Shown here: positions 25,401 through 37,994 of the stretch, piece after piece | Position numbering within the stretch: position 1 is the first letter of the stretch | Layout: each line of letters opens with the position of its first letter | Source: Mantamonas sphyraenae STR306 | Lineage: Eukaryota; Protista; CRuMs | Assembly (NCBI GenBank): GCA_026936335.1 | Contig: JAPMXV010000024.1 | Span: 68,303 to 132,302, forward strand | Direction: 5' to 3' | DNA length: 64,000 nucleotides | The notes under the pieces: generated by a model | The model's database searches: none | Seen by the model: the letters and a program-made list of their open reading frames with translations, nothing else | What the model was told of the DNA's origin: nothing | Made by a program: the position numbers and the translations under genes

Positions 25401-26266
25401 ACAAAACCCAGTCACCCCCATGCGGCAGGATGGGTTTGAAAACGACGTCGAGTACGAATAGTAGAATGGTTGGCCACCGGGTAGGAAGCGTGGCTTGTAG
25501 GAAAAGTAGGTGGCATTGCCTGGGGCCAACTCGACCGTGGTGGAAAAGGACGAGGTCAACGTGACGTTGGCTGTGACGTCCACAGGGGCAGGGGAGGCAC
25601 ATGTGGGGCCAGCCCAGCCTGGGAAACAGCGACAGTAGGCGTAGGTCTGGGCATCCACCTCACCGTGACCTGGGGTGCACACAGGCTGGGTGTCGGCGGT
25701 GATGGAGAACGCGCAGGACGCCGTGTTTTGTGTGGAGGCATACACGTTGGCTTGGATCAGGTAGGTGATGGTGGTGGCACATGTGTAGCCATTGCACCCT
25801 GACCTTGCCTTTGGGTAGAAGTTGTAGGTGAACGGGGAGGTGCCGACGCTGCGGGTGGCCTCGCTGCAGCGGCGGTCGCTGTTCATGTCTGCCACGGATC
25901 CTGGGTAGCATGAAGAGAACACAAGGACCGATGGCGTGTATTGACTGAGTGTGGGGAATGGCATGTGGGTCAGTGAAGTGAATGTAAGAGTGGGGAGGGG
26001 AGGCGGATCCCGGACCAGATGTCAAGCGGAGGATGGAGTTTGCGGCCCACCTACCATCCGGTGCGGTTGAAGATTGTGAGCGACAGCCGGACGTCTTGGT
26101 TCCTGTCGATGGTAATGGCCCATGTCTGGTTGGAACGGCCGTTGGAGTCCGTGTACGTTGGATAGGTGGCGTCGATGGTGACGGTTGACGGAAAAGGCGC
26201 CGGAATTTCAGTGATGGTCGCTTGGGCGGCGACATCGCATGCGAACAGCAGGGTCAAAGCAAGCAT
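22452..26266 (-). CDS. Signal peptide + EGF-like ectodomain + multi-pass membrane protein, copy 1; exons 26266-26055 and 25944-22452
   Basis: Signal peptide MLALTLLFAC. Phase-2 intron GTAGGT...CACTGAC...CTCAG restores NRTGCQYTP. EGF-like motifs CRCFPGWAGPTC, CTCNPGYLGTVC, CVCNPGTSGINC; many NxS/T sequons; about 7-8 hydrophobic helices. Confidence 0.85.
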
Positions 26267-26730
26267 TGTGATCCCAAGGTTGGTGGCGGTGTGCCTCCCC
26301 AGGATCGGGGGTGTGATGTGGTTCCAGCGCGGCATGTGTGCTTGCTTGCAATTTCGGTGGCGCACGTGGTGGACAGATCGGTGGTGGTGGTGGCGATGGG
26401 GAGATGGGTGGGAATGCGTGTGTTGGTGGATGGCTGATGTGTGGTATTTTCGCGGAAGAGTGGTGGGGGGAAACTCGGAACGGTGTCGGGTGCAGAACTC
26501 GGAACTCGGAACACAGGGCAGTTGGGGTTCAAAAGGCGCACTCACGCGCACTCACCCAACTTGTCATCACAAAAACACACACACTCGGATAACCCAAGAG
26601 GACGAGTAACGATACAACACAACGACTGCGAATACAGACAGCAGCAAGTGAAAGTGAGAAACAAGTGAAAGCGAAAGCGAGCAAACGAAACGAAATCAAG
26701 CAAACCCAAAACAACCAAAAACGCAACTCG

Positions 26731-27155
26731 ATGACGATGAGCAAGAGTGGAAACAACACCAACGAGACGACGATGACAAAGAACAGCAGCAGCAGCAGCA
26801 ACAGCGACGTGAAGACCATGGTGTCTGTAAAGGCAACTGTGGGAGCGGAGACACGGCGCTTCGGGGTGTGGAGCGAGAGGCTGTGCGAGGAAGGAGGACT
26901 GGATGGACTGGTGCAGCAGATTGCAGAAGTGTTTGGGAAGAAGGAGGAGAGGATGAGCCGAATGGTGATGTCGTACGCAGACGAAGACGGAGACTGGGTG
27001 CGTATGAGCAGCGAGAAGGAGCTGGGACACGCGGTGGAACTGTGTGTGATGCAGAGCAAGCAGAGCGGGCGTGAGCCTGGGGTTCTGCGGGTGAAGCTGA
27101 TGACACGAGTTGCAGCACGACGAGCAGCCAAGGCAGCCGAGGAGTCGATGATGCC

Positions 27156-27200
<45 letters not shown>

Positions 27201-28279
27201 GAAGAGTGGCAAGAAGAGTGGCAAGACCACAAAGAAGCAGAAGACGACGAGCAAGACAGGGACAAAGAAGGGCGGTGTGAAGAGCAAGAAGATGGGAAAG
27301 GAAGTGGAGGAGGAAGTGGAGGAGGAAGCGGCTGTGGTTGGAGCAGGAGACCTTTCAGAGAGCGTGCAGGAACGGCTGGGAAAGCTGGAAGCTGTGGATG
27401 TGGAGCGTGTGCTTGGACACATGCCACGACGCAAAGTGCCTGGACATGTGCTGGACAAGATTGCCATGGCTCGGATGGACAAGTTGGAGGCTGGAGAACT
27501 GCTGACGTATGAAGCGAAGCAGCAGGAGCAGGAACAGGAGGAGGAGGAGCAGCATGAATGTCATGGCCATGGACGTCGTGGTGGTGGTCATCGCGGTGGT
27601 CATCGTGGTGGTCATCGAGGTTGCCATCTGCATCGCCATCACGGACATCATCACGGACATCATCACGGTGGACGACATGGGGAACGAGGACAGAGTCGAC
27701 ACAAGGCTCGGTTTGTGAGCCATGTGAGCTATGGGACGGATGCCGGGGGTGCAGTGTGGACGCAAGTTTACAAAGACGTGGCGTCTGCGGAACGAGAGCG
27801 AAGAAGCATGGCCTGCGGGAGCGCAGGTGGTGTTTGTGAGCAAGAAGAACGGAGACGCAATGGGAGCAAGCGAGGCTGTGCCTGTGGATGTGGTGGCTGA
27901 GGCAGGAGAAGAGGTGGACGTGAGTGTGGAGATGGAAGCACCTGAGGCAGCTGGAAGCTACAGCGGGTTCTGGAGGATGGCAGATGGGGAAGGGAAGAAG
28001 TTTGGACAACGATTCCGATGCCAGATTGTGGCAGTGGAGGAAGAGGTGGAGGAAGAGGTGGAGGATGAGGATGAGGAAGAGGAGGATGAGAGCAGCGGAA
28101 GCAGCAGCTCTTCTTCGTCTGAGAGCGAGTCTGAGTCTGAGATGGACTCTGAGAAGGAGTGGGAGAGCGAGCTGGCGACACTTGCGCTGGTGGGTCTGAC
28201 GGATCGAAAGGCATGTGTGGACGCACTGGAAGCATGTGAGGGAGATCTGCAGGCAGTGATCCAGTCGCTGCGTGGATAG
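26731..28279 (+). pseudogene. NBR1-like copy 2, frameshifted at ~27745 (or consensus error)
   Basis: gatgccgggggtgcag versus gatgctcgggtgcag in copies 1 and 3: +1 nt splits the ORF at the start of the FW domain. Confidence 0.72.
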
Positions 28280-28489
28280 GCTGAAGAGAGAGTGTACAGG
28301 GATTGAGAATGAATCGCAAAGGACGAACCCGGGGAGGTTGAGACTCCCTCCCACACACAACCAACAACAACAAACAACAACAACAACACAACAAGGTTGA
28401 TTGCATTTGAGAGCGTCTTGAACAGAGTGGAGAGTGGGAAGTGGAGGAGGAGGAGAGGAAGTAGAGCTGAGTGTGTTGGCCAGGTCGTT

Positions 28490-31400
28490 TCATTGCAGAT
28501 CCGAGACGGTGTCCACAAAGAAGGCTGGGATGAGTGCGACAAAGGCAAGGACCAGAGTGAACAGGGAAAAGTCAAACACAAAGGCCACCGTGAAAATCAT
28601 GTTGAAGAGGTTGGAGAAGAACTTGACGGCACGTGCACCGCGGCCTGTCTTGAGTTCAAGCATAGCATGGCCCTGGGCGTCTTGTGCCAGGTCCAGGACG
28701 GGTGGGTTGTTGAGCACCTCGACAAACTTGCCTGCGATAAGTGTGGGACCGGGGGCAATCATAAAGATGAGCGCACTGCTACGCCCAACATTGGCAATGA
28801 CGGCCTCCTGTTGGGAATCGACATCCCACTTGTCGTCGTCGTACTTGCGGGATCGAGGCAGGATGCTAAACGCCTTGACCATGTACGAGTTCCACAGGCC
28901 CACAGCAAGCATGAGCAGGCGGAACACACCAAAGAGCACTTTGACCACGATGACGTGAGGGATGAGCTGGATGAGTGCACGACCCAGTCGCACGGCAGCA
29001 GATGGGTTCTTCTGCGCCTGCTCCTCGGTTTGTTCACAGGTGATGGTTCCCATGGCCTTGTGCACCAGCGGATCATAGCCCGTAAACATCTCCCAGTGGG
29101 CGTAGATAAAGAGGGACAGCACCACGAGGGTAAACACAAAGCCAAAGTTGCGTGCCTCCAAGTCGGTGGCCCCACAGTTGCGTCCGCCTCCGAGACCCAG
29201 GCTCAAGTCGCCAATGGTGACAATGATGACCTGGGAGACGTAAAACACGGCAGCAGTGGCCAGATTGGCCACCAGAGTTGCAAAGGCCTTGCCCTTGGCT
29301 GTGGTCTGGCGCTTCTTCAGGCTCTTGAAGTACATGGAGAGCAGGAGGAGGAACTCGCGCTTGAGCATGAGACGCAGGAACAGGGCACCCATGAGGACCA
29401 GGATGGGGGCAATGAGAGTGGCAAATCCGTTGCAGTTCCACTCTGTGGACACCAGCGTAAAGTCGATGGAACGCAGAAAGGTGATGAACAGCCGCACGAG
29501 TTCGCCAAACCCACCCAGGGCCAGCTCGATGGAGGGGTACACCAGCTCAAAGTCATAATCAGGCAGAAACTTGCTCAAGGAGGTTGCCATCAGCGATACG
29601 TTGAAGATGGTCTTGACGACACCCGCAAAGAGGGTGATCAGGTTGATGATCACGATGAAAATGACACTGCCGATGCTCAGGTGATGGCAGGATCCGTCGT
29701 CCTGCCCCGTGTGTGCATACGGTGAGGATGATGACGATGATGACGAGGTTGGCAGTTGGGTTTGGATCTGACTCATTTCGACGGAATCCCCGCCCGCGGA
29801 GGCCATCTCGGCAGCAGCAGCCTTGGCAGCCTCGTGTTGCTGCTTGGCCATGGCAGCCTCTTCGCGAGCCTGCTTCTCCAGGGCCAGGTTGTGCATGTTG
29901 ACACCAGAGACCTGCATGTCACGCAGGATGTGGTATTCCACGAATCGGAAGCCCGAGTCGAAAAAGTGCTCGATGGCATGGTAGTGGCGCACGGGGTCCA
30001 TCTTGCCACCAATCGCCGCTCCAATAAACACATAGGCCACAAAGACACATGCCACAATGATAAACACAGTGGGCACGGTGGATTCGTTGGGGTCGGCAAT
30101 CTCCACCCGGACCTGGAAGCGACGCTGTTGAGTCGACGTGGTGACCCGTCCGCTGTTGCCATACCTTCCCGTGATGCCCACGGATACGTAGAGGCGCATG
30201 TTGTCTGAAGAGGCAGGCATGCTCTTGGGGTCGACCTTGAGGGTGGTGTTGCCCACCAGAGGGCCTCGCACGGTGGCCACGCAATCGGTGCAGTTGAAGC
30301 CCTCGACCCACACCCATGGCATCAACAGGGGTCTGTGGTCCGGTTGAATCCGGGGAGGACTTCCCCACTTGGCCATCAGGACCACGTCACCCGCGAATGC
30401 ACTTGGGCTCCGCGAGGAGCTCTCTGTGATGGCAGCCAGTTTGTCCTCTGCGTCGTAGGTCCAAAAGGCGGCCGCTGGGGCAGTGTGCACCCACAGACGC
30501 GAGTTGGAACGGGATCCCTGGATCCAAAAGGTGACGAGCTCGCTCTCGTTTGTGTGGAGGCCAAGGAAGGAGAAGCTGTTGTACAGCTCGCGCATGTCTT
30601 GTGTGCGATTGGCGTAGTGGCAGTTGATGCCACTGGTGCCTGGGTTGCAGACACAGACGCCAAGGTCGGAACACGTGCCCTTGCACTTGTCCATGCAGTT
30701 TGGAGAGCGTGTGACCTTGACCTCGACGGGACAGGACATGTCCAAACCCGACGATGGGGTGCTGATCTTCAGAAGCTCGGTGACCTGATTGCGTCGGTAC
30801 AGGTACAGGCATTCTTCCACGTACCGCGGCCTGCGGAATGCGTTGTAGAGTTGGTTGAGGGTAACGGTGCGTGGCACACCGGGGACCACATCGTCGAAAG
30901 TGTAGCTGTCACGCCGTTTCATGTCGTTGCCACACATCATCTCGTACTGGACGTCGATGGAATCGCGGCATTCGTACTGGGAGAGACGATTGAGTTGCAC
31001 AGTCAGATAGTTGGTGGTGGCTGGCCCAGGGTGCTGAATGTACACCGTTCGATTGACGTGTCCGACGGCATAGGTACGAGACACGCCCGAGAAGGGTTGC
31101 TCCTGATTCCGATGTTCACACACGGTGCCCAAGTAGCCGGGGTTGCAAGTGCACACGTAGTTGTAGGATGTGTCGTTGTGGATGACCAGTCCACGTCCGA
31201 AGCATGCAGGTCTGAGGCTGACAGAGAGTGTGGCGTTGCACGGGGTGTCGGGCGAGGTGTTGACCAAGGAGAAATCGACAGTGAGATCCGAGGCCGCGTC
31301 CTCAGCCAACACGTAAGAGCGACAACCACACGAGAAGGGTCTGTCCAGAAGCCAGTAGGAATACTCGTTGAACCCGGTGTAGCTGTGGGGCCATCGGTTG

Positions 31401-32304
31401 GCGCAGTAGCCCGCCTGGGTGTCGTTGTACGAGGTGCCACAAAACCCAGTCACCCCCATGCGGCAGGATGGGTTTGAAAACGACGTCGAGTACGAATAGT
31501 AGAATGGTTGGCCACCGGGTAGGAAGCGTGGCTTGTAGGAAAAGTAGGTGGCATTGCCTGGGGCCAACTCGACCGTGGTGGAAAAGGACGAGGTCAACGT
31601 GACGTTGGCTGTGACGTCCACAGGGGCAGGGGAGGCACATGTGGGGCCAGCCCAGCCTGGGAAACAGCGACAGTAGGCGTAGGTCTGGGCATCCACCTCA
31701 CCGTGACCTGGGGTGCACACAGGCTGGGTGTCGGCGGTGATGGAGAACGCGCAGGACGCCGTGTTTTGTGTGGAGGCATACACGTTGGCTTGGATCAGGT
31801 AGGTGATGGTGGTGGCACATGTGTAGCCATTGCACCCTGACCTTGCCTTTGGGTAGAAGTTGTAGGTGAACGGGGAGGTGCCGACGCTGCGGGTGGCCTC
31901 GCTGCAGCGGCGGTCGCTGTTCATGTCTGCCACGGATCCTGGGTAGCATGAAGAGAACACAAGGACCGATGGCGTGTATTGACTGAGTGTGGGGAATGGC
32001 ATGTGGGTCAGTGAAGTGAATGTAAGAGTGGGGAGGGGAGGCGGATCCCGGACCAGATGTCAAGCGGAGGATGGAGTTTGCGGCCCACCTACCATCCGGT
32101 GCGGTTGAAGATTGTGAGCGACAGCCGGACGTCTTGGTTCCTGTCGATGGTAATGGCCCATGTCTGGTTGGAACGGCCGTTGGAGTCCGTGTACGTTGGA
32201 TAGGTGGCGTCGATGGTGACGGTTGACGGAAAAGGCGCCGGAATTTCAGTGATGGTCGCTTGGGCGGCGACATCGCATGCGAACAGCAGGGTCAAAGCAA
32301 GCAT
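28490..32304 (-). CDS. EGF-like multi-pass membrane protein, copy 2; exons 32304-32093 and 31982-28490
   Basis: ORF translation appears identical to copy 1 at offset 6038. Confidence 0.85.
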
Positions 32305-32762
32305 TGTGATCCCAAGGTTGGTGGCGGTGTGCCTCCCCAGGATCGGGGGTGTGATGTGGTTCCAGCGCGGCATGTGTGCTTGCTTGCAATTTCGGTGGTG
32401 CACGTGGTGGACAGATCGGTGGTGGTGGTGGCGATGGGGAGATGGGTGGGAATGTGTGTGTTGGTGGATGGCTGATGTGTGGTATTTTCGCGGAAGAGTG
32501 GTGGGGGGAAACTCGGAACGGTGTCGGGTGCAGAACTCGGAACTCGGAACACAGGGCAGTTGGGGTTCAAAAGGCGCACTCACGCGCACTCACCCAACTT
32601 GTCATCACAAAAACACACACACTCGGATAACCCAAGAGGACGAGTAACGATACAACACAACGACTGCGAATACAGACAGCAGCGCAAGTGAAACAAGTGA
32701 TAGCGAAAGCGAGCAAACGAAACGAAATCAAGCAAACCCAAAACAACCAAAAACGCAACTCG

Positions 32763-34298
32763 ATGACGATGAGCAAGAGTGGAAACAACACCAACGAGAC
32801 GACGATGACAAAGAACAGCACCACCAGCAACAACAGCGACGTGAAGACCATGGTGTCTGTAAAGGCAACTGTGGGAGCGGAGACACGGCGCTTCGGGGTG
32901 TGGAGCGAGAGGCTGTGCGAGGAAGGAGGACTGGATGGACTGGTGCAGCAGATTGCAGAAGTGTTTGGGAAGAAGGAGGAGAGGATGAGCCGAATGGTGA
33001 TGTCGTACGCAGACGAAGACGGAGACTGGGTGCGTATGAGCAGCGAGAAGGAGCTGGGACACGCGGTGGAACTGTGTGTGATGCAGAGCAAGCAGAGCGG
33101 GCGTGAGCCTGGGGTTCTGCGGGTGAAGCTGATGACACGAGTTGCAGCACGACGAGCAGCCAAGGCAGCCGAGGAGTCGATGATGCCAAGCAGCAGCAGC
33201 AGCAGCAAGAAGAGTGGCAAGAAGAGTGGCAAGACCACAAAGAAGCAGAAGACGACGAGCAAGACAGGGACAAAGAAGGGCGGTGTGAAGAGCAAGAAGA
33301 TGGGAAAGGAAGTGGAGGAGGAAGTGGAGGAGGAAGCGGCTGTGGTTGGAGCAGGAGACCTTTCAGAGAGCGTGCAGGAACGGCTGGGAAAGCTGGAAGC
33401 TGTGGATGTGGAGCGTGTGCTTGGACACATGCCACGACGCAAAGTGCCTGGACATGTGCTGGACAAGATTGCCATGGCTCGGATGGACAAGGTGGAGGCT
33501 GGAGAACTGCTGACGTATGAAGCGAAGCAGCAGGAGCAGGAGCAGGAACAGGAGGAGGAGCAGCATGAATGTCATGGCCATGGACGCCGTGGTGGTGGTC
33601 ATCGCGGTGGTCATCGTGGTGGTCATCGTGGTGGTCATCGAGGTTGCCATCTGCATCGCCATCACGGACATCATCACGGACATCATCACGGTGGACGACA
33701 TGGGGAACGAGGACAGAGTCGACACAAGGCTCGGTTTGTGAGCCATGTGAGCTATGGGACGGATGCTCGGGTGCAGTGTGGACGCAAGTTTACAAAGACG
33801 TGGCGTCTGCGGAACGAGAGCGAAGAAGCATGGCCTGCGGGAGCGCAGGTGGTGTTTGTGAGCAAGAAGAACGGAGACGCAATGGGAGCAAGCGAGGCTG
33901 TGCCTGTGGATGTGGTGGCTGAGGCAGGGGAAGAGGTGGACGTGAGTGTGGAGATGGAAGCACCTGAGGCAGCTGGAAGCTACAGCGGGTTCTGGAGGAT
34001 GGCAGATGGGGAAGGGAAGAAGTTTGGACAACGATTCCGATGCCAGATTGTGGCAGTGGAGGAAGAGGTGGAGGAAGAGGAGGATGAGGAAGAGGAAGAG
34101 GAGGATGAGAGCAGCGGAAGCAGCAGCTCTTCTTCGTCTGAGAGCGAATCTGAGTCTGAGATGGACTCTGAGAAGGAGTGGGAGAGCGAGCTGGCGACAC
34201 TTGCGCTGGTGGGTCTGACGGATCGAAAGGCATGTGTGGACGCACTGGAAGCATGTGAGGGAGATCTGCAGGCAGTGATCCAGTCGCTGCGTGGATGA
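32763..34298 (+). CDS. NBR1-like selective autophagy receptor, copy 3 (slightly diverged)
   Basis: Same architecture; shorter poly-Ser, one extra GGHR unit, several SNPs, TGA stop instead of TAG. Confidence 0.88.
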   Translation: MTMSKSGNNTNETTMTKNSTTSNNSDVKTMVSVKATVGAETRRFGVWSERLCEEGGLDGLVQQIAEVFGKKEERMSRMVMSYADEDGDWVRMSSEKELGHAVELCVMQSKQSGREPGVLRVKLMTRVAARRAAKAAEESMMPSSSSSSKKSGKKSGKTTKKQKTTSKTGTKKGGVKSKKMGKEVEEEVEEEAAVVGAGDLSESVQERLGKLEAVDVERVLGHMPRRKVPGHVLDKIAMARMDKVEAGELLTYEAKQQEQEQEQEEEQHECHGHGRRGGGHRGGHRGGHRGGHRGCHLHRHHGHHHGHHHGGRHGERGQSRHKARFVSHVSYGTDARVQCGRKFTKTWRLRNESEEAWPAGAQVVFVSKKNGDAMGASEAVPVDVVAEAGEEVDVSVEMEAPEAAGSYSGFWRMADGEGKKFGQRFRCQIVAVEEEVEEEEDEEEEEEDESSGSSSSSSSESESESEMDSEKEWESELATLALVGLTDRKACVDALEACEGDLQAVIQSLRG

Positions 34299-34508
34299 GG
34301 CTGAAGAGAGAGTGTACAGGGATTGAGAATGAATCGCAAAGGACGAACCCGGGGAGGTTGAGACTCCTCCCCACACAACCAACAACAACAAACAACAACA
34401 ACGACGACAACAAGGTTGATTGCATTTGAGAGCGTCTTGAACAGAGTGGAGAGTGGGAAGTGGAGGAGGAGGAGAGGAAGTAGAGCTGAGTGTGTTGGCC
34501 AGGTCGTT

Positions 34509-34701
34509 TCATTGCAGATCCGAGACGGTGTCCACAAAGAAGGCTGGGATGAGTGCGACAAAGGCAAGGACCAGAGTGAACAGAGAAAAGTCAAACACAA
34601 AGGCCACCGTGAAAATCATGTTGAAGAGGTTGGAGAAAAACTTGACGGCACGTGCACCGCGGCCTGTCTTGAGTTCAAGCATAGCATGGCCCTGGGCGTC
34701 T
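34509..34701 (-). pseudogene. 3' stub of a third EGF membrane protein gene
   Basis: Matches the last ~190 nt of the full copies and is cut at ~34701, where the LRR gene's stop abuts. Confidence 0.85.
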
Positions 34702-34704
34702 CTC

Positions 34705-36931
34705 TCACCCAGCCACTACGACCCACCCAATCACCCTCTCCATCACCTCATCCGGCAGTGTCACCCACCCTTCCCACCCTCTCTCCTCCACATACTCCTC
34801 CATCCCACCACACTCAAACATCACCTCTCTCTCTTCACCATTCATCACCAACGCCACCTCTATCGCCTCATCCACCTGCTCACCCCATCCAATCCAATGC
34901 CACGCCTTCCTCCAGCCCTCCTTCCTCACCATCTTCACCGTTTCGATCCTCGGCGTCGCACCCCACGCCCGCAACACCTCCACAATTCTCTCATCCCCTC
35001 GCTTCACAGCCCTCTCCAGCGCCGTCTTCTTCCCCTGCTCCCCTGCACATGTGTTCACAGGCACACCCCACTCCCTCAACGCAGCCATCTGTTCCACAAT
35101 CCCACACTCCACAAACTCGGCATGTTTCTCCTTGTTTCTCTCCATCAGTGACTGCATCGCGTCCTCGTTAACACCCTGGAGCTTCCAGCACGACCGATTC
35201 CCTACCATTGCCTTTGTCAGCGCTGCTTCACCTTCCGCACCGATGATGTTGCCATCTAGGTCCAGTTTCTGCAAGCTGCTGTTCCGACTCAGCGCCTGCC
35301 CCAGTGCTGTGGCTCCTTCTGCCCCGATACTGTTGCGGGTGAGATTCAGTATCTGCAAGCTGCTGTTCCGACTCAGCGCCTGCCCCAGTGCTGTGGCTCC
35401 TTCTGCCCCGATACTGTTGCTTGTGAGATTCAACATCTGCAAGCTGCTGTTCCGACTCAGTGCCTGCCCCAGTGCTGTGGCTCCTTCTGCACCGATCGCA
35501 TTGTTTTCGAGGTTCAGTGTCTCCAAGCTGCTGCTCGCACTGAGTGCCTGTGCCAGTGCTGCTGTTCCTTCATCCCCGATGGTGTTGCTGTGGAGGTACA
35601 GTGCCTGCAAGCTACTGTTCTCCCTCAGTACCTGCGCGAGTGCTGCTGCACCTTCTGCACCGATGCTGTTGTTCTCGAGGTCCAGTCTCTGCAAGCTCTT
35701 GTTCGCACTGAGTGCCTGCGCGAGTGCTGCTGCTCCTTCTGCCCCGATGGTGTTTCTGTCGAGGTACAGTGACTGCAAGCTGCTGTTCTCACTGAGTGCC
35801 TGCGCCAGTGCTGCTGCTCCTTCGTCCCCGATGCCGGTGCTACAAAGGTTCAGACTCTGCAAGCTGCTGTTCTCAGCCAGGGCCTGTGCTATTGCTGCTG
35901 CTCCTTCTGCCCCGATTCTGTTGCGGCTGAGGTCCAGTCTCTGCAAGCATCTGTTCCCACTCAGTGCACGCCCCAGTGTTTCTGCTCCTTCTGCACCGAT
36001 ACTGATGCTCTGCAAGTACAGTGTCTGCAAGCTGCTGTTCCCACTCAGTGCCTGCCCAAGTGCCGCTGCTCCTTCTGCCCCGATGCTGTTGCTACTCAGG
36101 CTCAGTGTCTGCAAGCTGCTGTTCTCACTCAGTGCCTGCGCCACTGCTGCTGCCCCTGCTGCCTCGATTCTGTTGAGGCTGAGCAACAGTGTCTGCAAGC
36201 TGTTGTTCGCTTTCAGTGCCTGCGCGAATACTGCTGCTCCTTCATCCCCAAGGCTGTTGAGGCTGACGTGCAGTCCCTGCAAACCACTGTTCTCATGCAA
36301 TGCCTGCGCAAGTGCTGCGGCTCCTTCAGCCCCGAAGAAATTGCCGCCGAGGTTCAGTGTCCGCAAGCTGCTGTTCTTACACAATGCCTGTGCCATTGCT
36401 ACTGCTCCTTTTGCCCCGATGTTGTTGCTCTCGAGGTCCAGTTTGTGCAAGGTGCTGTTCTCACTCAGCGCCTGCGCCACAGCGGCTGCTCCTTCTGCCC
36501 TGATGCTGTTGTCCCAGAGAATCAGTGTCTGCAAGCTACTGTTCTCACTCAGTGCACGTGCCAGTGCTGCTGCTCCTTCTGTTCCAATGCTGTTCCTGCT
36601 GAGGTGCAGTGTCTGCAACGTGCGGTTCACAACCAGCGCCTTGGCCAGGGCGGCTACTCTTTTGTCACCAAGCCCGATAAAACGGACATCCAATTCCTGT
36701 GTGTGGCATGTTGATGTCAACATACGTCCCATCCTTCCTATGTATGTGTACTGTACGCCCCACAACCTCCCTCTATCCATCCCCACTTCCCCTTGTGCGA
36801 TCACCAAACCCTCTCTCAATTTCTTTCCACACCGGCTTACTTACCCTTCCCTGATCCTTCACAGCATCGATAATCCGCTCATTGTCCTCGCTATGCAACA
36901 ATTTCACCCATTCATTTCTTCCCAAGCCCAT
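34705..36931 (-). CDS. RNI/NLRC3-type LRR protein (~17 x 28 aa) + one ankyrin-like repeat + C-terminal F-box-like motif; exons 36931-36845 and 36696-34705
   Basis: 84-nt repeats NSSLQxLxLxxNxIGAEGAAALAQAL; KTALERAVKRGDERIVEVLRAWGA (ankyrin-like); WVTLPDEVMERVIGWV (F-box-like). 87-nt first coding exon homologous to that of the paralog; GTAAGT...CACAG intron. Confidence 0.88.
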
Positions 36932-37598
36932 ATTTCCTGCGAGAAGTTTGAAGTCAGCAACTTGAATTCCGCACTCTTTCTCGAGCCTCCTACCCAGCCA
37001 CACACCCATGCGCACAAGACAAGCAACTCCTCGACGTCTCCGCCCTTCCATACCTGATGTGTACAGTGTGTATGCGCTGGATGCACTCGCGCACGAAGGA
37101 CGAATGACGCTCCACCCACTTTCATTCGATCCAAGACCCCACATTCAAAGCCAAGGGGAAAGATGAATGGGAAGTGGCACCAAAACCTCCAACGGATGGG
37201 TAGCCACCAGTCGACCACCATCACCACTGGCATGATATGTTCGCAGGAAGCCCAGAAAATCAACGTCCTGATCACCGAAACGAGCCCAAAGTGCCGGCGC
37301 AGTGTCGGACACAGTCCCCAGAAGAGTCAAGGCGACCAGCCCCGACGCAGGAACCACTGCGATTGGGAACAAGGCGGCGTTCAATGGTCGCTGGCAAGCC
37401 ATGCGGTTCCACTTGGCGACGGTGCTGGATGATCATGGGATGACGCTTTCTTGCGCGCCATCATCGTTCAGAGGAGGGGGGGAGGGGGGAATCCCAATGC
37501 AATGCTTGTGTTGTGTGTATATACCTGTGTGTGTGCTGTGATATTTCGTGTGCTCAGTTCGTAGTCCAGGCAACAGCGGTGCGGAGCACTGTCTGAAG

Positions 37599-37994
37599 CT
37601 ACCCCTTGGCTTCGTCGAACGAAAGCTCAACAGGGAGGTGCTGGACCGAGACCGAGCTAGGCACCATCGCTGCAATGAACCGCTGTGCTTGTGGGCAGTC
37701 GACCAACTTCTCTGCAGCAGAGAGAGCGTCGGCCAGGGAATCCCACTCCAGGATGTCCAAGTAGGCGCCAGAGGTGTCCATGGACCGCGTAAAGCGCCGC
37801 CAACGGTAGCCAGGAAATGATTCAAGGATGGGTTGCACTTCCTGCGCTAGGCGAATCATTGTGGACGAGGAAACGTTTGCCAAGGCCGTAAAGGTTGCAT
37901 GTTCGAGAACTGGCCCGCCTTTGACGCTCTTGGAGGCGTGAGCGAGGATGATCATGGATGCCAGCACACACAGGACCACCAGGTGAGCTTTCAT
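37599..37994 (-). CDS. Small secreted protein, dimeric alpha/beta barrel (ABM-like), 131 aa, intronless
   Basis: Signal peptide MKAHLVVLCVLASMIILAHA, then LESFPGYRWRRF...YLDILEWDSLADALSAAEKL...AQRFIAAM, the pattern of bacterial ABM-fold proteins. Confidence 0.68.
   Translation of the reverse strand: MKAHLVVLCVLASMIILAHASKSVKGGPVLEHATFTALANVSSSTMIRLAQEVQPILESFPGYRWRRFTRSMDTSGAYLDILEWDSLADALSAAEKLVDCPQAQRFIAAMVPSSVSVQHLPVELSFDEAKG

Larger units (their letters stand above)
20197..34701. repeat. Tandem segmental duplication, unit ~6038 bp, about 2.4 copies
   Basis: Identical ORF sets recur at +6038 (22452/28490; 26051/32089). Homology starts at ~20197 (tgggcggcga) and stops at ~34701 (ccctgggcgtct). 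Confidence 0.97.

Noticed and set aside
35051-37057. Long repetitive ORFs antisense to the LRR genes (also 53626-54876 and 53660-55606)
   Set aside because: A stop-free 84-nt repeat keeps several frames open; only the LRR frame has a recognised consensus.
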